20,000 bases of DNA from Pachysolen tannophilus NRRL Y-2460 (GCA_001661245.1 KV454016.1:1108253-1128252); one strand, 5' to 3'; positions 1 through 10,922 are shown, counted from the stretch's first letter. The notes: a model not told the origin generated them from the letters alone. Program-made: numbers and translations.

Positions 1-153
1 AAAAAACCTAGACCTATAAAGGCTTTTACTGGGTTTAATATTTCTTTATTGATATGGAAAAAAGATGGTCAATTTTTAAAATCAAAAGAACAAGAAAAAG
101 ATGTTAAAATTGAGAAAAAGGAGGAAGAAGTAGAGGCTTTAGCACTGTCCTAA
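1..153 (+). CDS. Probable 3' end of an upstream gene (charged C-terminal tail), possibly with a 1-nt homopolymer deletion near 45
   Basis: Frame from 39 reads YFFIDMEKDGQFLKSKEQEKDVKIEKKEEEVEALA(CTG)S* with TAA at 151-153, followed by an AT-rich 3'UTR-like tract. Frame from 1 reads KKPRPIKAFTGFNIS, which one extra T would join to FIDMEKD. Family not recognised. Confidence 0.35.
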   Translation, partial: KKPRPIKAFTGFNISLLIWKKDGQFLKSKEQEKDVKIEKKEEEVEALALS

Positions 154-378
154 ATAAATAAATAAAATAATATATATAAATAATAATATATAATTGCAAA
201 GCCTTATTTTAATTTTTTATTTTCTCAAATGAAAAAAAACAAAATTTAAATCAATGTAAAAAATTTTTTATTAAAAAAATCTAAGATTTAATCAATTATC
301 CCCAACTCGGCTAAACAACAATATTGAAATAATACTTTCTTTGCCCCTCCACGTTAAAGCAATTAATCAATTAATTAT

Positions 379-416
379 TATATATATAGCTATATATATA
401 TATATATATATATATA
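379..416. repeat. (TA)n microsatellite, interrupted by GC
   Basis: tatatatatagctatatatatatatatatatatatata seen directly. Confidence 0.9.
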
Positions 417-1404
417 GCACGGTCGTGAGTTGGCACACAAATAGTGCCTATTCAAGCATTAATTACAATTGTTTACAATTTACCGGATTTGTGGTAACTT
501 TTTCATATCTCACCCTTTTCGGTTGTTAGATTTGCAGTAAACTAGGGAAATTCATTGAAAATCCCCAAAAAAAAGAAATAGTTAAACTTTAATTAAATCA
601 CGAGATAAGTAATTTTTGATAAAAAACAATAACAATTAAGCATGGTTACTAGGGTTTATATTTTTCGAAAATATGCATTTTTTTTTACTAAAAATCAATT
701 ACTTAAAATAGAAATCTACATTGAAGATCCCTTGAAAATTATATAATAATCTATGTAAATTTAAAGGCACGCCTAATAAGCCTCTACTGAATTATTAACA
801 TAATCAACATTAACTTACATGTTACTTGGGTAATTCTGTGTCTGATTCAGTAAAATCTGCAAAAAATTCAATGTTTATGGGTACGATGAAATGGAAAAAG
901 AAAACTAAAAAGAACCAAAAAGACGCAGGAATGATGAACCCGTGCTTCTATTTATATATATCGATTAAAATAGTTTTTTTTTTATGCCCTTTAAGTATAA
1001 CAAAATATTCATATAAATCTATATAAAGGTTTTAGTTTACTTTCTCTTTTTTTTTTTATTTTAATTTTATTCTTCTTTTTGTTAAATTATTTATTCTGAA
1101 TTATATCTTAGTTTAAACATCAATATTTTAATTGATTTGACTTTGTGTATATTAATAAATTGTCAACTCGTTACTACTGTTTAGAGATCTAATCAGCGTT
1201 AAAAGAAGAAGAAGAAAAAAAAAATAATTTCAGCCGCCGTTAGAAATTAGATACATAAAAGTGGCTTAATTTTTTTTTTTTTTCCCTTGATAAAGAAAAC
1301 GAAGCATTTAACTACATAATAAGCAGGTTCCTTCGCTTAATAAAAGAAAAGAAAATAAAATAAAAGAAAATTAGAAATAATATAAACATTATAGAGTTAT
1401 TATT

Positions 1405-2673
1405 ATGAGTATACGTTCGTTTTTAATTTTATTGGTTCTTGTGTGGACAACTTTTGCTGCTCCAACAGGTGAAAGTTTAAAGTTTGTTAAGAAAGATTTA
1501 GCATTTGATTATTCGTCTCAAAAACTTTATGGTGTTAATCTTGGAAGTTGGTTTGTATTAGAACCATATATTACACCTTCATTATTTGAAGCTTTTGGTG
1601 ATGATACTCCAGTTGATGAATATCATTTTACTCAAAGATTAGGACAAACAGAAGCTCTGTCCATATTAAATGCTCATTGGAGTACTTGGTATACTGAAAC
1701 AGATTTTGAAAATATTGCTTCTTATGGTTTAAATTTTGTTCGTATTCCAATTGGTTATTGGGCATTTCAATTATTAGAAGGTGATCCTTATGTTCAAGGT
1801 CAAGAACTGTATTTAGATCAAGCATTAGAATGGATTAGAAGTAATGGTCTTTATTGCTGGATTGACTTGCACGGTGCTCCAGGTTCTCAAAATGGATTTG
1901 ATAATTCAGGATTAAGAGATACTCTTGATTGGCAACAAGGTGATAATGTTAATATTACATTATCTGTATTGGAATATATTTCAAATAAATATGGTGGTTC
2001 GAATTATTCAGATGTTGTTATTGGAATTGAACTTGTTAATGAACCTTTAGGTACTTCATTGAATATGGATGAAATAAAATCTTTTTACTACGATGGTTAT
2101 TCTAAAGTTAGAAATGTTGGTGATAATGCTGTAATTATACATGATGCATTCCAAAGTGAAGGTTATTGGAATAGTGATTTAACAACTGATCAAGGTTATT
2201 GGAATGTTGTTCTTGATCATCATCATTATCAAGTTTTTGATACAAGTGAAATATCTGAAGATATAGATACACATATTTCAGAAGCTTGTGGTTGGAATTC
2301 AGAAACAAATGATGAATATCATTGGTCTGTATGTGGTGAATTTTCTGCAGCTTTAACTGATTGTGCTAAATGGCTTAATGGTGTTGGCCGTGGTGCAAGA
2401 TGGGATGGTTCTTATGAAAGTTCTACTTATTATGGATCTTGTGAAAATAAACAAGATATATCTACATGGTCTTCTACAGATATTGCCAATTCTCGTAAAT
2501 ATGTTGAAGCTCAAATGGATGCATTCCTTAATGGAGATAAGAATGCCGGTTGGGTATTTTGGTGTTTTAAAACAGAAACCACTTTAGAATGGGATTTCAA
2601 AAGATTGGTAAATGCAGGAATTATTCCTCAACCATTAAGTGATAGACAATATCCAAATCAATGTGGATTTTAA
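1405..2673 (+). CDS. EXG1: Secreted exo-1,3-beta-glucanase, glycoside hydrolase family 5 (422 aa)
   Basis: Signal peptide ([18 protein letters not shown]). Motifs [29 protein letters not shown] and [16 protein letters not shown]. Catalytic acid/base in NEP, nucleophile in [16 protein letters not shown], and C-terminal YPNQCGF typical of the Exg1/Xog1/Spr1 family. Confidence 0.95.
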   Translation: MSIRSFLILLVLVWTTFAAPTGESLKFVKKDLAFDYSSQKLYGVNLGSWFVLEPYITPSLFEAFGDDTPVDEYHFTQRLGQTEALSILNAHWSTWYTETDFENIASYGLNFVRIPIGYWAFQLLEGDPYVQGQELYLDQALEWIRSNGLYCWIDLHGAPGSQNGFDNSGLRDTLDWQQGDNVNITLSVLEYISNKYGGSNYSDVVIGIELVNEPLGTSLNMDEIKSFYYDGYSKVRNVGDNAVIIHDAFQSEGYWNSDLTTDQGYWNVVLDHHHYQVFDTSEISEDIDTHISEACGWNSETNDEYHWSVCGEFSAALTDCAKWLNGVGRGARWDGSYESSTYYGSCENKQDISTWSSTDIANSRKYVEAQMDAFLNGDKNAGWVFWCFKTETTLEWDFKRLVNAGIIPQPLSDRQYPNQCGF

Positions 2674-2933
2674 AGTTTGCAATTCATTTCTGTCTCTAAA
2701 CTTTATTTGTTTATAGACATGTAAGTTTATAATTTTTTTTTTTTTATTCTTTTTATTTTTTTTTTGCAACTTTAAATTTTTTTTTTTTTTTATTTATCTT
2801 TTCTTTCCTGTTGGTCATCTTAATTTTTCAATCTTGTTTGTTTATTATGTATTGCTTTATGATTTTTGTTTTTATTTCAGTTTCAGTTTCAGTTTTTTTT
2901 TTTTNTTTTTTTATTTTTTATTTTTTTCTCAGC

Positions 2934-3249
2934 NNNNNNNNNNNNNNNNNNNNNNNNNNNNNNNNNNNNNNNNNNNNNNNNNNNNNNNNNNNNNNNNNNN
3001 NNNNNNNNNNNNNNNNNNNNNNNNNNNNNNNNNNNNNNNNNNNNNNNNNNNNNNNNNNNNNNNNNNNNNNNNNNNNNNNNNNNNNNNNNNNNNNNNNNNN
3101 NNNNNNNNNNNNNNNNNNNNNNNNNNNNNNNNNNNNNNNNNNNNNNNNNNNNNNNNNNNNNNNNNNNNNNNNNNNNNNNNNNNNNNNNNNNNNNNNNNNN
3201 NNNNNNNNNNNNNNNNNNNNNNNNNNNNNNNNNNNNNNNNNNNNNNNNN
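2934..3249. other. Assembly gap (N run) flanked by T-rich sequence on the left and poly(A) on the right
   Basis: N run seen directly. Confidence 0.99.
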
Positions 3250-3255
3250 TAAGAC

Positions 3256-3301
<46 letters not shown>

Positions 3302-3970
3302 GCATCTATCTCACTAGAAATTTTTAAAAATTAAATAATTTTGAATTAAAAGTTTTCTTAAATTAATTTGAAAACATGTTCTGTAAAATTTGTGAAATTT
3401 GTGAAATTTGTGAAATTTCAAAAGAAAAATTTAAAGCAATAAATGTTATTTACTAACTCTAGTAATGAATCAATTAAAAGAAACTAAAATATCAAATTTT
3501 TTTAGATATTTTACTACTCAAATACTGTTTCGGTTTCGGTTATTGTTTTGCCGATAAGCAGAAATTTTATTTGGCGCGTCGCTTTTTAAACTATTAAATT
3601 TTCGGGCTATTTCTGAGGCACCAAGAAAAGTCGTATAGTTTCCTGTAAAAAAGTTTAAATAAATAAAGAGTGCATCAAATTTAATTTTATCTTAAAGATT
3701 CCCATGCATTAGATACTAATTTATCTTTCTACTTAGCTTCTAGTTTTGTTTATATAACCCAATTCTAAACCTTGAATATAATAAATATATATAAAAAGAA
3801 GTAATCTACCATGAAACTGATAAATCCTTTTAACAAACCATAACAAAGAAAAAATTCATATGTATAAAACTATATAAAATTTGACCTTAAAAGTAATCAA
3901 AAATAATGAAAAAAAAAAAATACTAATCAAAGCATGGTTTTCTTGATAAATTTTAAACAGCCCTGCTGCC

Positions 3971-4994
3971 TTATTTTTCATCATCATCATTGAAAATTTC
4001 AATTGGCCATGTTGGATCATTGAATCTCATGGTACGACCCATCTTGTTAGCAAGGTTTTCAATGATGCGTCCATCATCATCTGACAATTCAATTGTCTTA
4101 ATGTTAGCATCAACTCTTTCTGGAGTAACAGATTTTGGTAAAACAACTGTTTCTCTCCAGATAGCCCATGAAATGACAAGGGTAGCAACAGAAACACCGT
4201 ATTTTTCAGCAATCGCTATCAAAGTTGGATCTTTGAATAATGGCGAGTTAGTTGAACCTAAAGGAGAATAAGCTTCGACAAGAATACCTTGTTCTTTGCA
4301 GTATTGAACCAATTTGTTTTGTGGCAAATATGGATGACATTCAATTTGGTTAATAGCTGGCTTAATTCTTGTACTTGGATCATTTAATAAAGTTTCCAAA
4401 TTCTTCTTTGAAAAGTTAGAAACACCAATAGATTTAACTTTACCAGTTCCCTTCAACTTTTGGAAAACTCTGTAGGAGTCAACAAATGACCAGTCTTCAA
4501 CCATATCTCTTGTACCATCTGGCTTCTTTGGGTATTTTGGATCATTACCATTTGGATTCAAAAAGATTGGCCAGTGAATCAAATAAAGATCTAAGTAATC
4601 TAAACCAAGAGCTTCTAATGATTCGTCCAAAGCCTTTTCTGGGTCATTGTGACGGGTACACCACAATTTACTGGTAACAAATATTTCTTCTCTTGGAACA
4701 CCAGAATCTTTGATAGCTTTACCAACTTGAGCACCGTTACCGTAAGCCCAAGCAGTATCAATGTGTCTATATCCTGATTTGAGGGCGGCTAAAACAGAAT
4801 TGTAAGCATCTTCATCTGTGGATTTCCAAGTACCAAGACCAACAGCAGGAATTTTGTTACCATCTGGAAGCTTGAAAACTTTGTTTGTCCTGTTTAATAC
4901 TCGTTAGTAATCTATTCATTAAAAACTTTTTTTTTTTCTTTTTTCTTTTCAAATACTATTATACATACTTTTGAATTTGAACAGCTGCAGTCAT
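3971..4994 (-). CDS. Aldo-keto reductase, GCY1/YPR1-like (NADPH-dependent glycerol/aldehyde reductase). Two exons, 4994-4969 and 4889-3971, 314 aa
   Basis: Spliced translation MTAAVQIQK|TNKVFKLPDGNKIPAVGLGTWKS...GYRHIDTAWAYGN...IFVTSKLWCT...DLYLIHWP...SIGVSNF...QIECHPYLPQ...AYSPLGS...LPKSVTPERV. The AKR tetrad D/Y/K/H is present. The ORF track truncates the N-terminus. Confidence 0.92.
4890..4968 (-). other. Spliceosomal intron (79 nt) of the AKR gene
   Basis: Minus strand: GTATGT donor at 4968, TACTAAC branch point at 4909-4903, CAG acceptor ending 4890. Splicing keeps the frame (AA|G = Lys). Confidence 0.92.
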
Positions 4995-5164
4995 GATCTC
5001 TATAGAATTTATAATGCACTAAAACTAATATGAATATGAATATGAATATCTAATCTAAATAAAAACTGTTTAAGTCTATTTGAATTGATTGTAGAACACA
5101 AAAACGAATAAGAATTGAAAACGAGGAAACCAGTGGTTTATATACCTTTCAAAAACAAATCTGA

Positions 5165-6419
5165 TTACATCATCATCAACGTTACAAAAAGAACAAGTTT
5201 TTGTTTCAATTTTTCTTTTTGTTAACTTAAGCCGGTGATGTAATCTTAATTTAAGTTAACCAATGAATTGTTCAACTTTAAAATTTATAATAGCGGTTTT
5301 TTACTTTATTTGGTCCAAGGTTTTTTTGACTTTTTTTAACAATTACATCACAAAAGAATATTTGTTTTCATCAAGTCTAATCAAATCTTTTGAAATTCAT
5401 TTAAAAAATATATCAGTAAATCTGGGATTTTAGAGCAAAGCACTTTGGTAATAATAATTACTAAGCGTTATGGTATAGCCCTGGTTGAATGGGAATGCAA
5501 GGCATCGGAAAAATCTTTTTTTTCATCTGTTTCGTCATCTACATGAAGAAAATTAAGGTTTACAGACCGAAGCTGTTATATTACGTCATACCAGTTTTTT
5601 TTCCGGCGTTGAAGTGCGTGTTCTACAAAAATCAAAATTTAAAATTCAATAGAAGAATAAAAGAACCACAAACTACAATTAAATCCGGATAATCACCGAG
5701 GTTTTTCTTAAATACAAAAATATTCGAGCATTGGCTACACCAAGGGAAATCAAGAAAAAGTTTTAAACGTTGAAAAGTGTTGAACGTCTTTTTCTGATTC
5801 CTTTTACCTTTCATGAGTTTAAACTGTTTGACTTTTGTTTAACCTAATATTTGAATTCTATAAGCCAATGTGCTTGAGGGAATATTTTTTTTTTTATTCT
5901 AGATGGATTTATGACATAAGTGAGTTAGAACCCCCGAAGGTATTTGTTTTCGGAAAAATAGAAAACATTACGCAACGGAATTCCGCTTGGCATAACTTTC
6001 TTAATTATTTTGATTTAAATTTTTTAAACTTTGATTTTTAATATTTTTTTTTCTTTTCTGTTAGAAACCAGAACTCATCACTTTTATTAAAACCTGATTC
6101 CTTAATTACAAAAACTAGAACACATAAATTTTACAATTAGAATATGAGTTGAAGTTGCAAAATAAAATTTTTATGTTGCAATTTTGAATATGATTGATTG
6201 TAAGTAAAAAAAAAAGAGTTCTTTTTAAGATTTTTTGTTTCATCTATGTTTTAAATGTTCGTAGCGCCCTGCCCATGTTTAATGTATTTCGGAGTACAAA
6301 TATTGACTAATGTCATAAATTGCAGAAAGTTCAATCCATATTAATTGTTTTATGATGTAAGACTAGTATTTAGAAATAATTGATCGGCTCCCGATAAAAA
6401 AAAGATCGGTATGACGTAA
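5165..6419. promoter_or_regulatory. Cluster of bZIP/CRE-like TTAC(A/G)TCA sites upstream of the AKR gene
   Basis: TTACATCA at 5165 and 5343, TGATGTAA at 5236 and 6353, TTACGTCA at 5581, TGACGTAA at 6412. Confidence 0.5.
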
Positions 6420-7717
6420 TCATTCTTTCCTTATTTTTTTAACTTGTAATGTTAAAAAAAAAAAAAAATAAATAAATAGGAGCGCTATAAAAAGTATTTA
6501 TTGTTAATTTTAGGTACTAAGTACCTCGTATCATAAATAATGCTTTGCAAAGATGAAATCCTACTGCTGCCCTAATTACCGATACGTAAATAAAAAATCG
6601 TGGTTTTGAATGAGGTAATTTTAATTGTAGGCATCAAGGTTTGTGTAATATTACTTCGGAAACAAAGAAAAAAATAATTGGATTCCGTAAATGCTGTTTG
6701 TTCTTAAAACAGCTCGTGCTTGAAGATCTGTTTCCCTATACGTCCACATTATAAATCGTTCTCGTGTATTGATAACTTGAAATCTGTTTTATTACCCAAT
6801 TTGATTTCCTGATTTTTTTTGCATTTCATTATCGATATGACTTTTATCTTGAAGCGCTTAAAAGGCGAAGATATATATTGAAGGGTAAAACTTATTGTTT
6901 ATGATTTTTTCATTACAGATTTCAATGATTGTTTTATCAAGTTTTACTGATGTGGTAATATAGAAGTCTTTGGTACTAGAACTAGCTAGGACCAATATAG
7001 ACTAACGTGGGACTAACATTCTCATTTATTAAAGTACTTTTTTGAGTCCAAAAAGAGAGGTAATTTTTACACTATTAAAATATTATGCCATGCGTCATTT
7101 TGTAATTATTAAAGCATATTAAGCAGTTTATCTTTTAAGACCCATTGATAACCGTAGTCGTTTCGTTTTAAAAAATAATTGAAAGCAAAATGAGTTTCCT
7201 TCTTATTTTTCAAAAGGACTCGATTAAGATAGTTTTTAATCAACTCTGTTTTGTTTAACGCAAAAACCTAAATTTTGTTTATTATATGTGCATCAAAATT
7301 GGTGAATCTCGTCTTTCAAACTAATTTGACCAAACGCTGCTATATTATTGTATATTTCCTTCTTAAAAGTGTTTGTGTGTGTGTGTGCGTGTATTAATTA
7401 TTTTTATTTTTTTTTTTTTTTTTTTGCTGTGGTTTCTCTAAATGCATATCAGCGAAACGAATGTAAAGATAAAGAAGAAAACAAAAAGGTCTATTCCCGA
7501 TACAAAGATTTGATAATCAAGTTGTATAAGGTTAGTAAAAAATGTTCTGACTTTCAAAAATAAAGAAGAATAGCTAGCTAGAAATATGTATTTCTCCCTG
7601 AAGCAAAGTTTAGTTAATGGGAAATAGCTTTCATACGTTTCCTAGAAAATTTGTAATGATATTGAATGGCATCTATTTTATACAACTGATGGATCGAAGA
7701 GTTAGATTTTTGGAAAT

Positions 7718-8320
7718 CTATAAATCATTGAATCCATTAAAGATCATTAAGGTGATAAAAGTACTGATGCTGAACCCAATTATTGATAGCAAAGCTACTT
7801 GTTTTAATTCGTTTAGTTCGACCATATGTGGATTTAGTTTTTTTAACTTTTTCCTATTTCCGTAAGCATGGTATCCCTCTAAATTTGCATCTGTGATATC
7901 TGTTTCTAGCTTTCTCTTTCTTGATTTCAATTTACATACCTCTTGATCTCTTGTTAACTTTGTTGGACTTGCGATTCCAGGGGCTCTTCGTTTCCCATTA
8001 ATGCGGACACCAAAATTTTTCTTTCTGAAAGATTTCTTCTGAGAAGCAAAATTCTTTTCACTATTTGACAAAATTTCTTTGGGACTTCCTATAGAGTTCC
8101 TCTTATTAGATTTTCCACCTGGAATCGTAAGTAACAAATCAGAATTTGCTTCTTCACGAGTAATTTTATCATAGAAATCTTCAATATTTAGCTCATGCGT
8201 TATGTACTTTCTCTTCTCAAAATCATCTTTGGTAGTCTTGACGACAGGAATATCAGTAACTAAATTTTGATTTGCCTCCAGTTGGATTAGATTTTTTTCA
8301 TCTTTTAAATCTATAGACAT
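7718..8320 (-). CDS. Hypothetical ~200-aa Lys-rich protein with NLS-like basic clusters and a C-terminal transmembrane anchor
   Basis: First ATG at 8320 (MSIDLK...). Basic patches KKSFRKK, RKRKL and RKKLKK. Hydrophobic tail VALLSIIGFSISTFITLMIF near the C-terminus. A 600-nt ORF is unlikely by chance at this AT content. Confidence 0.7.
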   Translation of the reverse strand: MSIDLKDEKNLIQLEANQNLVTDIPVVKTTKDDFEKRKYITHELNIEDFYDKITREEANSDLLLTIPGGKSNKRNSIGSPKEILSNSEKNFASQKKSFRKKNFGVRINGKRRAPGIASPTKLTRDQEVCKLKSRKRKLETDITDANLEGYHAYGNRKKLKKLNPHMVELNELKQVALLSIIGFSISTFITLMIFNGFNDL

Positions 8321-8840
8321 TTTATCAATAGGCAAAAAAATATTTCTTACGACAGTTCAAAGTAAAAAAATAAAAATTACAAATGAAAAAAAAAAGCAAA
8401 AAAAAAGAAATTCGGAGTCCTATGAATACCAAAAAAAATCAGTAGAGCTTAATTTGTAATTATGATTTTCACTCCTCAATCTCAATTAATTTTGGTTGAC
8501 TAATTGTGATCCATCATATTTTTCATTTTTGAAAAAGATAAAAAGATAAACAAATTTAATTTTTATGCAAATCAGCCGCATGCAATAAATTTCCTTTTTT
8601 TGGACCTTAAATTACAAACAAAAAATACATAGGAATATTGTTATCAGAAGGTAGCAAAGAGATTTTCATTATCATTAGAAAGGAGAGAATGTAAATTGAA
8701 TGAAATCAATTCAAAATTTATTTAAATTAAAATATAAGAATATCCAAGTTAAACATAAACACAAAAATATACTAATAACCTCAAATATAAAACCCCTCTA
8801 GGCAACCATAAAATCAATATTAACTACCAAATTCCAATGT

Positions 8841-8886
<46 letters not shown>

Positions 8887-8889
8887 CCT

Positions 8890-9341
8890 NNNNNNNNNNN
8901 NNNNNNNNNNNNNNNNNNNNNNNNNNNNNNNNNNNNNNNNNNNNNNNNNNNNNNNNNNNNNNNNNNNNNNNNNNNNNNNNNNNNNNNNNNNNNNNNNNNN
9001 NNNNNNNNNNNNNNNNNNNNNNNNNNNNNNNNNNNNNNNNNNNNNNNNNNNNNNNNNNNNNNNNNNNNNNNNNNNNNNNNNNNNNNNNNNNNNNNNNNNN
9101 NNNNNNNNNNNNNNNNNNNNNNNNNNNNNNNNNNNNNNNNNNNNNNNNNNNNNNNNNNNNNNNNNNNNNNNNNNNNNNNNNNNNNNNNNNNNNNNNNNNN
9201 NNNNNNNNNNNNNNNNNNNNNNNNNNNNNNNNNNNNNNNNNNNNNNNNNNNNNNNNNNNNNNNNNNNNNNNNNNNNNNNNNNNNNNNNNNNNNNNNNNNN
9301 NNNNNNNNNNNNNNNNNNNNNNNNNNNNNNNNNNNNNNNNN
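8890..9341. other. Assembly gap whose two flanks duplicate each other
   Basis: CCAAATTCCAAT followed by poly(T) then poly(A) occurs at both 8827 and 9343. Confidence 0.95.
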
Positions 9342-9356
9342 CCCAAATTCCAATTT

Positions 9357-9394
<38 letters not shown>

Positions 9395-9404
9395 TAGAAC
9401 AACC

Positions 9405-10505
9405 TTAATTCATCGATGATCCCAAAGAAGCCAATGTTCCAAAAGTAATTACTGAACCTAAAACTGCTCCTGTAAAAAATATGCCTGCATTTTTCTTAAA
9501 GTTAAGCCTTTCCTTTTGATCTAATTTCCTTTTCTTATAAACTGGTTCTCTTTCTGATTTGCTAATGATTGTACCTGTATCAACGGAATTGTTCTTTTCA
9601 TCCAACAACTTTGTTACTAAAGTTACAGATTCATATTCTGATCCGGTATTACAAGCACGCAGTTGTTCGTCTGAAGAATCAGCTTGGTATTCACTAAAAC
9701 AGCAACTTTCTGAAATTTCGTTTCCAGAATCTGTTGATTCTGAGTCTTCATCTTCATCATCACTCACATCACTATAAGTTCTCTTCCTTTTGCTAAAAGC
9801 AACCGGAGGATTAAATTCTTCGTCAGTACAATTACGATCATCTTCAACAGAATCACAAACCCAATCCTCTGTCAGAGGTGCTTCTTTTTCAATGTAGTAT
9901 TCTTCAGGTCCTTCTTCTTCAACATCATCCGATTCCTCATCATCATCTTCATCATCATTTTTGTATTGATTTTCTTCCAAAAACTCTTCATGATCATCAA
10001 TTTTTATTTCATCCTGAAGATAAGACTTACAACTATCACCATCAACTCCCGATTCATTATCATACTCTTCTGTTGAATTGATATTATCTATTGATATATT
10101 AGAATTACTACGGTTATCTTCAAATTCTGAGTCTGTCTTTTCTGATTCTGAATCATCATCCCAATTATCGTATTCGAAATCGATTTGATTATCATCATTA
10201 TTTTTCACATCAAGACATTCATTTACAAAAGGATCAAAAAATCCCATATTATTCAAGTTTGAAAACAAATTTGAAGGATTTAATTTGTAAAGTTCAATAA
10301 CATGAGAATCTTTTAATGTTCTAAACATTAAAAAAACTTTACATGATTTCATAGCGTCAAAAGAACCATATTCCACATAAGAACTATCTAAAGATTTTGT
10401 TTTGCATTTACCAATGACTAAACATAAGATATCCTTATCTTTTAAAGGAATTTTCTCAAAAGGTTTTAAAATCATAAATTGATTTTTATCATAACTGTAT
10501 AAACC
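9405..10505 (-). CDS. C-terminal part of an FHA-domain protein: last FHA strands, long acidic region, NLS-like patches and C-terminal membrane anchor
   Basis: The frame is open up to 10505 (GLYSYDKNQFMILKPFEKIPLKDKDILCL, resembling the FHA terminal L-x-P...L-x-D-x-D-I). D/E-rich middle, KRKR and KKRKL, and tail AGIFFTGAVLGSVITFGTLASLG. Confidence 0.75.
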   Translation of the reverse strand, partial: GLYSYDKNQFMILKPFEKIPLKDKDILCLVIGKCKTKSLDSSYVEYGSFDAMKSCKVFLMFRTLKDSHVIELYKLNPSNLFSNLNNMGFFDPFVNECLDVKNNDDNQIDFEYDNWDDDSESEKTDSEFEDNRSNSNISIDNINSTEEYDNESGVDGDSCKSYLQDEIKIDDHEEFLEENQYKNDDEDDDEESDDVEEEGPEEYYIEKEAPLTEDWVCDSVEDDRNCTDEEFNPPVAFSKRKRTYSDVSDDEDEDSESTDSGNEISESCCFSEYQADSSDEQLRACNTGSEYESVTLVTKLLDEKNNSVDTGTIISKSEREPVYKKRKLDQKERLNFKKNAGIFFTGAVLGSVITFGTLASLGSSMN

Positions 10506-10646
10506 TCATATAAATATTATTTTATTTGATAATCCATTTTATATTGAGAATTAAGAGAAGAGTATATAAGAATTTATAAGGGAATTTCCTTTTTTGGCCC
10601 GTTTTTTTTTTTTTTGTAAAAAGATTTATATACTTTTTATTGAAGT

Positions 10647-10922
10647 ATGAAGCATCGCCGCCATCATCATTGCAATCGTCATTATGGGTTGTTCCTTGAC
10701 CCCTTATCAGATATTCCTAAAAGAGAAATCCGGCTTGACTCTAGTGAAGAATCAGATGTTACAATTGGTAGATCATCATTAAATTCTAATGTCATTGATA
10801 GGAAACTGGATTGTAATAATGGGTTTTTCTCGGAAAGAACGTTATCTTCAAAACATTTAAAAATTTTAAAAGATGAAGATGGATTTTACGTTTCAGATCA
10901 ATCTAGTACTCATAAATCATAG
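10647..10922 (+). CDS. N-terminal part of an FHA domain, truncated after DQSSTH; appears to be the inverted 5' end of the 9405-10505 gene
   Basis: FHA signature motifs VTIGRSS, NNGFFSERTLSSKH and FYVSDQSSTH, then KS* where G is expected. Confidence 0.75.
   Translation: MKHRRHHHCNRHYGLFLDPLSDIPKREIRLDSSEESDVTIGRSSLNSNVIDRKLDCNNGFFSERTLSSKHLKILKDEDGFYVSDQSSTHKS

Noticed and set aside
341..1026. 62-aa and 66-aa ORFs upstream of EXG1
   Set aside because: They have TTG starts, microsatellite-derived or low-complexity content, and no recognisable motifs.
2811..3334. ORFs of 128-168 aa spanning the first gap
   Set aside because: Artefacts of N runs and homopolymers.
6895..6955. Possible C/D-box snoRNA (ATGATT...CTGA)
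   Set aside because: The C box is imperfect, and I can identify no terminal stem or rRNA-complementary guide.
5489..7865. Short ORFs of 60-82 aa in the long intergenic region
   Set aside because: F/K/I-rich translations typical of AT-rich non-coding DNA. No domain is recognisable.
8798..9402. ORFs of 164-192 aa spanning the second gap
   Set aside because: Artefacts of N runs and poly(T)/poly(A).
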